The notes beneath the pieces were generated by a model, which was given only the letters and a program-made list of their open reading frames with translations, did not search any database and had not been told where the DNA came from. Of a stretch of DNA of 64,000 bases, positions 59,778 through 64,000 are shown in pieces. The DNA lies in assembly GCA_020724585.1 (NCBI GenBank), contig DYGS01000001.1:486002-550001 (forward strand), written 5' to 3'. The stretch comes from Candidatus Microgenomatus sp. (lineage in GTDB: Bacteria; Patescibacteriota; Microgenomatia; UBA8517). Numbering within the stretch: the first letter of the stretch is position 1; every line of letters starts with the position of its first letter. The position numbers and the translations under genes were made by a program.

Positions 59778-62363
59778 CTAATGTTTGGTGTCTCTTGAGA
59801 AAAATCTAATTCTGTCGCCTTTGAAGTAAAGCGGAATTGAAGCCAGCGGGCCGTTTCTGTGTTTGGCAATATCCAAAACCACATTTTCCAAATTCTCATC
59901 ATCTTCGCGCCACAAAAACATAACCACATCTGCATCCTGTTCGATGCTATTGTGAACTATGATATTATTCGCTACAAAATTAGAATTTTTTGGCACGGTT
60001 GCGTCATATACTTTTCTAACTCCTACATATTCAATTTCTTTGACTTCGTCCCAATATATGTCAGAATTCGCTAATAACTTTAACTTCTCATTTTTTATTT
60101 TTGAATAAATCTGCATAAGTCTTCTCCTACTTATTCCATTCCCAAATCTTTGTGTTCCGCTGTAAGCCCACCCCATAAGCTTATGAAATTCTCTATGTGT
60201 CATATTCTTCTCTTTAACTACCATTTTAATTAAGCTCCAAACCTCTTTTGGAATAACATCATTATTAGGATTTTCTATTATATTTCGTAAAAATTTAATT
60301 GCTTCTTTTACTTTTTCATTTTTTTTACCAACACAACCTATTTCGTTTAAAAATTTCAATTGACTTTCTTTTCCATAAATATTGATATTAAACACATCTT
60401 TGTGTCCCTTATTAATAGATTTTGATATCTTGGAGATAATTCCTAGCCGAGTTAATAAGTATTGAATTTGAGAGACAAGAGTATAACTATTTGAAGCGTA
60501 GTAGACTGTAACTTTAGATTTTTTCTTACCAACTTGTGTATGGATACAACCATCTGTTGCCCATAAATGCTTTAAAAATAATTTAATTTTAGTGTTATCC
60601 AAATTCATAACTTCATCGGGTATTAACTTTTGGTATGAATGATGACCATATATTTTTAGGTCTCTAAACCACCTAACGATTGGATTATGTCTACCTCTTG
60701 CCAATTTTCCTTTTGAAGATAAATAAAGGTGATACCAACTTTTTTGTTTAATCACCCTTGGGTTAATTTCAAACTCATCTAATGCTGCTTTTTTAAGAAT
60801 ATTAATTAAACTCATATCTGAATTTGTATAATGTAAAGGTTGACCTTCTACATAACAACCATCACCAATCATGTGAGCTAAAACAATTAGATTGCTGTCT
60901 GAAATGTTTCCCGTACCCTTAACATTAATTACTCGAGGAACGGCTATACGATCACCTATCTCCAACTTATCTAATCTTTGCCATTGTTCAAATTTCAAAA
61001 ATTTGTGATTTCCAGAGGCCACAATTTCTCTTCCACTTTTTAGTTTTAGTTTATATACCTTTTTTCTGCCACTATTAAAAACTTTAGTGACTTTTGATGG
61101 TACTAATTTCATATCTTCATTTAAGGATATAATTTCAAAGTTATCCTTACCCACAAGCTCGTCAATTCTTATTTGTTTACCTGTTGGATAAATTGTTACA
61201 AGACTATCTCCTAATAGGCATCCGCTCTCGCGAAGGTCAGAAAGTTGTGGTTTTTTAATATTTCTTGATTCCACTCCTCGAGACAGCTGTGACAATGCCA
61301 AAACAGGAACCTTAAGTTCTCTGGCTAAGTTTTTTAAACCCTGTGAAATTTCTGATACTTCTTGAACCCTATTTTCCAAATTCCTGCTTCGAGCAAGCTG
61401 GAGATAATCAACCACAATTAAATCAACTCCATGCTCTACCTGCAATCTCCTTGCCTTTGTTCTCATTTCAAGAATTGACAGAGCGGGAGTATCGTCTATA
61501 AAAAGCGGTGCTTCGGCCAAAACCCCCATGGCTGTTGAGAGTTTGGCAAAATCATCTTCCGACAGTTTACCTGTTTTTAACTTCCAAGCATCAATATCTG
61601 CCTGACTCACCAATAATCTATCAACCAATTCCTCCCTGCTCATTTCAAGTGAGAAAAAGCCAACAGGTCTTTTGGTCAAAACCGAAACATTTTGAGCAAT
61701 TGAAAGAGCCATTGTGGTTTTTCCAACACCTGGCCGTGCTGCCAGAATTATTAAATTACTTTTCTGCATTCCCGCAAGAGCACTATCCAGATCGGCAAAA
61801 CCAGTCGCGACCCCTCTTAAACCCTCCCCTTGCTTCTGCAGTTCATCAAGTCTATCAAAACTTTCTGCTAGAGTGTCTCTAACTGATGTAAATGCGCTTT
61901 TGATGGTCTTTTGCGAAAGAGAAAAAATTTCGCTTTCTGCTTTGTCTAATAATTCTTCAGATGAAACCCCAACATCAGTTGACATGCCTACAAGTTTTGT
62001 TGCCGACTTCAATAAGCTTCTCTTTATTGCAGTATCTTTAACAATTCTGCCGTAATGCTCAACATGAGCGCTGGTTGGAACTTTATTAACTATGTCCGTC
62101 AAATACGAAGCGCCGCCTATTATTTTTAAATCTTTTCTTTTTTTAAGCCTTTCAGTAACTGTCAAAACATCAACAGGCACTCTCTCTTCATACAAAGAAA
62201 GCATTGCCTCAAATATTTTTTTGTGGCGGTCATCATAAAAATCATCCGGCGACAAAAATTCAGAAACAGCAATTACTGCATCTTTATCCAAAAGAAGTGC
62301 TCCCAAAACACTTTGTTCAGCATCTACACTGTGGGGTGAGGTCTTAATATCAATATCAGCCAT
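59778..62363 (-). CDS. dnaB: Replicative DNA helicase DnaB with intein
   Basis: PHSVDAEQSVLG, AARPGVGKT, FSLEMS, VDYLQL, LSQLSR, DLRESG|intein|SIEQDAD, KHRNGP. Confidence 0.97.
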   Translation of the reverse strand: MADIDIKTSPHSVDAEQSVLGALLLDKDAVIAVSEFLSPDDFYDDRHKKIFEAMLSLYEERVPVDVLTVTERLKKRKDLKIIGGASYLTDIVNKVPTSAHVEHYGRIVKDTAIKRSLLKSATKLVGMSTDVGVSSEELLDKAESEIFSLSQKTIKSAFTSVRDTLAESFDRLDELQKQGEGLRGVATGFADLDSALAGMQKSNLIILAARPGVGKTTMALSIAQNVSVLTKRPVGFFSLEMSREELVDRLLVSQADIDAWKLKTGKLSEDDFAKLSTAMGVLAEAPLFIDDTPALSILEMRTKARRLQVEHGVDLIVVDYLQLARSRNLENRVQEVSEISQGLKNLARELKVPVLALSQLSRGVESRNIKKPQLSDLRESGCLLGDSLVTIYPTGKQIRIDELVGKDNFEIISLNEDMKLVPSKVTKVFNSGRKKVYKLKLKSGREIVASGNHKFLKFEQWQRLDKLEIGDRIAVPRVINVKGTGNISDSNLIVLAHMIGDGCYVEGQPLHYTNSDMSLINILKKAALDEFEINPRVIKQKSWYHLYLSSKGKLARGRHNPIVRWFRDLKIYGHHSYQKLIPDEVMNLDNTKIKLFLKHLWATDGCIHTQVGKKKSKVTVYYASNSYTLVSQIQYLLTRLGIISKISKSINKGHKDVFNINIYGKESQLKFLNEIGCVGKKNEKVKEAIKFLRNIIENPNNDVIPKEVWSLIKMVVKEKNMTHREFHKLMGWAYSGTQRFGNGISRRRLMQIYSKIKNEKLKLLANSDIYWDEVKEIEYVGVRKVYDATVPKNSNFVANNIIVHNSIEQDADVVMFLWREDDENLENVVLDIAKHRNGPLASIPLYFKGDRIRFFSRDTKH
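59949..61220 (-). mobile_element. 424-aa intein with LAGLIDADG homing endonuclease
   Basis: Starts CLLGDS, block B ASGNHKFL, LAHMIGDGC and FLKHLWATDGC motifs, ends FVANNIIVHN|S. Confidence 0.95.
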
Positions 62364-62414
62364 AAAATTATTTAAAAATGGGGCAGGACAAAAATGGAAT
62401 CTAGCAAATAAAAG

Positions 62415-62918
62415 CTAGAATTCTAAAACAACAATTTGAGTTGGCATATCCTCAATTATTTCTTCCTTCTTAAGGCTAAATTTGGGCATTTGGTTAACTA
62501 CTAAGCCGCTTTCTTTTAAAAATTTGTCAAGGGAATCAGTGTTCCCATTAATGACTATTGGCAAAACAAAATAAGGTTCAATCTGCTGCATTATTTCAAT
62601 TGATTTGCTATGGGTTCCAAGAAGCAATACATCAATGTCGCCAAGCTGTTGAAGCTTATTCTCATTAAGTTTCTCAGAAATTGCCGTTAAATTGGCAATT
62701 CTTAAGTTATCAACCTCATAAACAAAAGCTGTCCCTTCCCCATCAGTTACTCCAATAACCGAGATTCCCGAAACTTCGTACTCCCCTGCGCCCCCGAAGC
62801 GCTTGGCATTATCTTCGCCTAGAGAAGATATTTCAAAGCCGTCTTTTCCAAGAATGGCTTGTAAAATCCCTGTCTTTCCCTTTATACGAATAGCACCATT
62901 TTTAATGACAATTTCCAT
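62415..62918 (-). CDS. Degenerate metallo-beta-lactamase-fold protein
   Basis: GAGEYEVSGISVIG, L..L.....QLGDIDVLLL, IEPY.V.P; metal ligands apparently lost. Confidence 0.65.
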   Translation of the reverse strand: MEIVIKNGAIRIKGKTGILQAILGKDGFEISSLGEDNAKRFGGAGEYEVSGISVIGVTDGEGTAFVYEVDNLRIANLTAISEKLNENKLQQLGDIDVLLLGTHSKSIEIMQQIEPYFVLPIVINGNTDSLDKFLKESGLVVNQMPKFSLKKEEIIEDMPTQIVVLEF

Positions 62919-62956
62919 ACATCTACTTTATATCCTATATCCCCTTCCTTGACAAG

Positions 62957-63862
62957 ATGGTTTTCTTAAGGTTAAATACCCCAAGACCCATGAAAAAAGA
63001 GGTTGCCTTTGCAATTTTAGCCGGTGTTTTCTTCGGCCTTGTTTTTGCCTTCGGCGTCTGGAGATTAGCTTTAAAATTTAGGGGTGGCAATAACATTGTC
63101 TATCGACAAACTACTCCAAAACCGGTTCTTAATTCACCACTTACAATTTCAAATTTGAATGATTTTGATGTTGTAACTCAAAGCGGAATAAAAATAATAG
63201 GCAAATCAAAACCGGAAAGTTTTATTACGGCCTCCACCCTTTTGGAAGATTATTTTACAAAAACCAATCCCGATGGGGAATTCGAAATTGAAATCAAAGC
63301 GCCTTCAAATCTTTTTGAAGTAAAATTAACAACCATAGACGGCAATAACTTGGTCGCAGAGAAAAAAATAAATCTTGTTTCAAGCGAAAAAATCGAGGAT
63401 GCAAATTTATCCGCCTTTGTCGGTACAATAACTGATATCACCAACGAAACCATTCAAATCAAGACAAAAAATGGCGAGATTTTGCAGGGAGCGATCACTT
63501 CAGATACTAACTATCAAAATCTTTTAAATAAACCCCAAACAGTTAAATTGACTGACATTGCAATCGGTGATTTTGCCGTATTAATCGGAGTTGTTAATGG
63601 AAACAAAGTCTTAAAAACAGGACAGGTTTTGATCACAAAGGATATCGAGGAGGTTAAAACAGAGGTTGTAGCAGGCAAGCTGTTATCCAAAACTAAATCA
63701 CAAATAGTCGTCGAGACGGCAGAAAGCCAGGAAAAAATCACACTCCCCAAATCATGGAAAGGACCTGAAATAAAAGAGATGAACACAGGTGACTTGATAA
63801 TCTTAGTTGGAACCAAAACTACAGACAAATTTGACCTCAGAAGCATATATGTAATAAGATAA
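62957..63862 (+). CDS. Membrane-anchored protein with Ig-like and repeated small beta-barrel domains
   Basis: TM segment, GKSKP....GEFEI, repeated G.I......I.I.T...I..GD....G units. Confidence 0.7.
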   Translation: MVFLRLNTPRPMKKEVAFAILAGVFFGLVFAFGVWRLALKFRGGNNIVYRQTTPKPVLNSPLTISNLNDFDVVTQSGIKIIGKSKPESFITASTLLEDYFTKTNPDGEFEIEIKAPSNLFEVKLTTIDGNNLVAEKKINLVSSEKIEDANLSAFVGTITDITNETIQIKTKNGEILQGAITSDTNYQNLLNKPQTVKLTDIAIGDFAVLIGVVNGNKVLKTGQVLITKDIEEVKTEVVAGKLLSKTKSQIVVETAESQEKITLPKSWKGPEIKEMNTGDLIILVGTKTTDKFDLRSIYVIR

Positions 63863-63866
63863 CACT

Positions 63867-64000
63867 GTGAAAAAAGGGCCGCCGACACCAAAAGGTTTTA
63901 AGGATATAATGCCAAAAGAGGCTAGGCTTAGGCGTGAATATTTTAATAAACTGGCTGAAGTTTTAGAAAAATATGGTTTCTCCCCTCTTGAAACGCCTGT
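63867..64000 (+). CDS. hisS: Histidyl-tRNA synthetase, 5' part
   Basis: Read manually from GTG 63867: MKKGPPTPKGFKDIMP.EA..R.......LEKYGFSPLETP. Confidence 0.85.
   Translation, partial: MKKGPPTPKGFKDIMPKEARLRREYFNKLAEVLEKYGFSPLETP

Overview
AT-rich bacterial chromosome segment. The gene content and compact, mostly Shine-Dalgarno-poor architecture suggest Patescibacteria/CPR, probably Microgenomates (inference, not searched). From left to right: a type IV pilus operon (4 pilin-like genes, pilD, pilC, pilT, pilB); an accessory surface-glycan cluster and an ABC-F ATPase with a leader peptide; housekeeping genes (holB-like, gyrB, ppa, clpB, gyrA, LCP, xer recombinase with an adjacent dif-like site, yebC, rluA, efp); and tRNA-Leu(CAA). 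A 22.7-kb island (37101-59774) is integrated at the tRNA 3' end. It carries a large serine recombinase, a type IC R-M system with an embedded Shedu-like nuclease, and nucleotide-metabolism cargo including folE2. After it come an intein-containing dnaB and the start of hisS. The most striking feature is the island architecture. It holds a complete internal, inverted copy of its own reconstituted attP, so the recombinase gene sits between 67-bp perfect inverted repeats and the 20.5-kb cargo between 267-bp inverted repeats. Flipping or excision would swap the recombinase C-terminus. A ~650-bp highly structured non-coding region lies at the island's right end.
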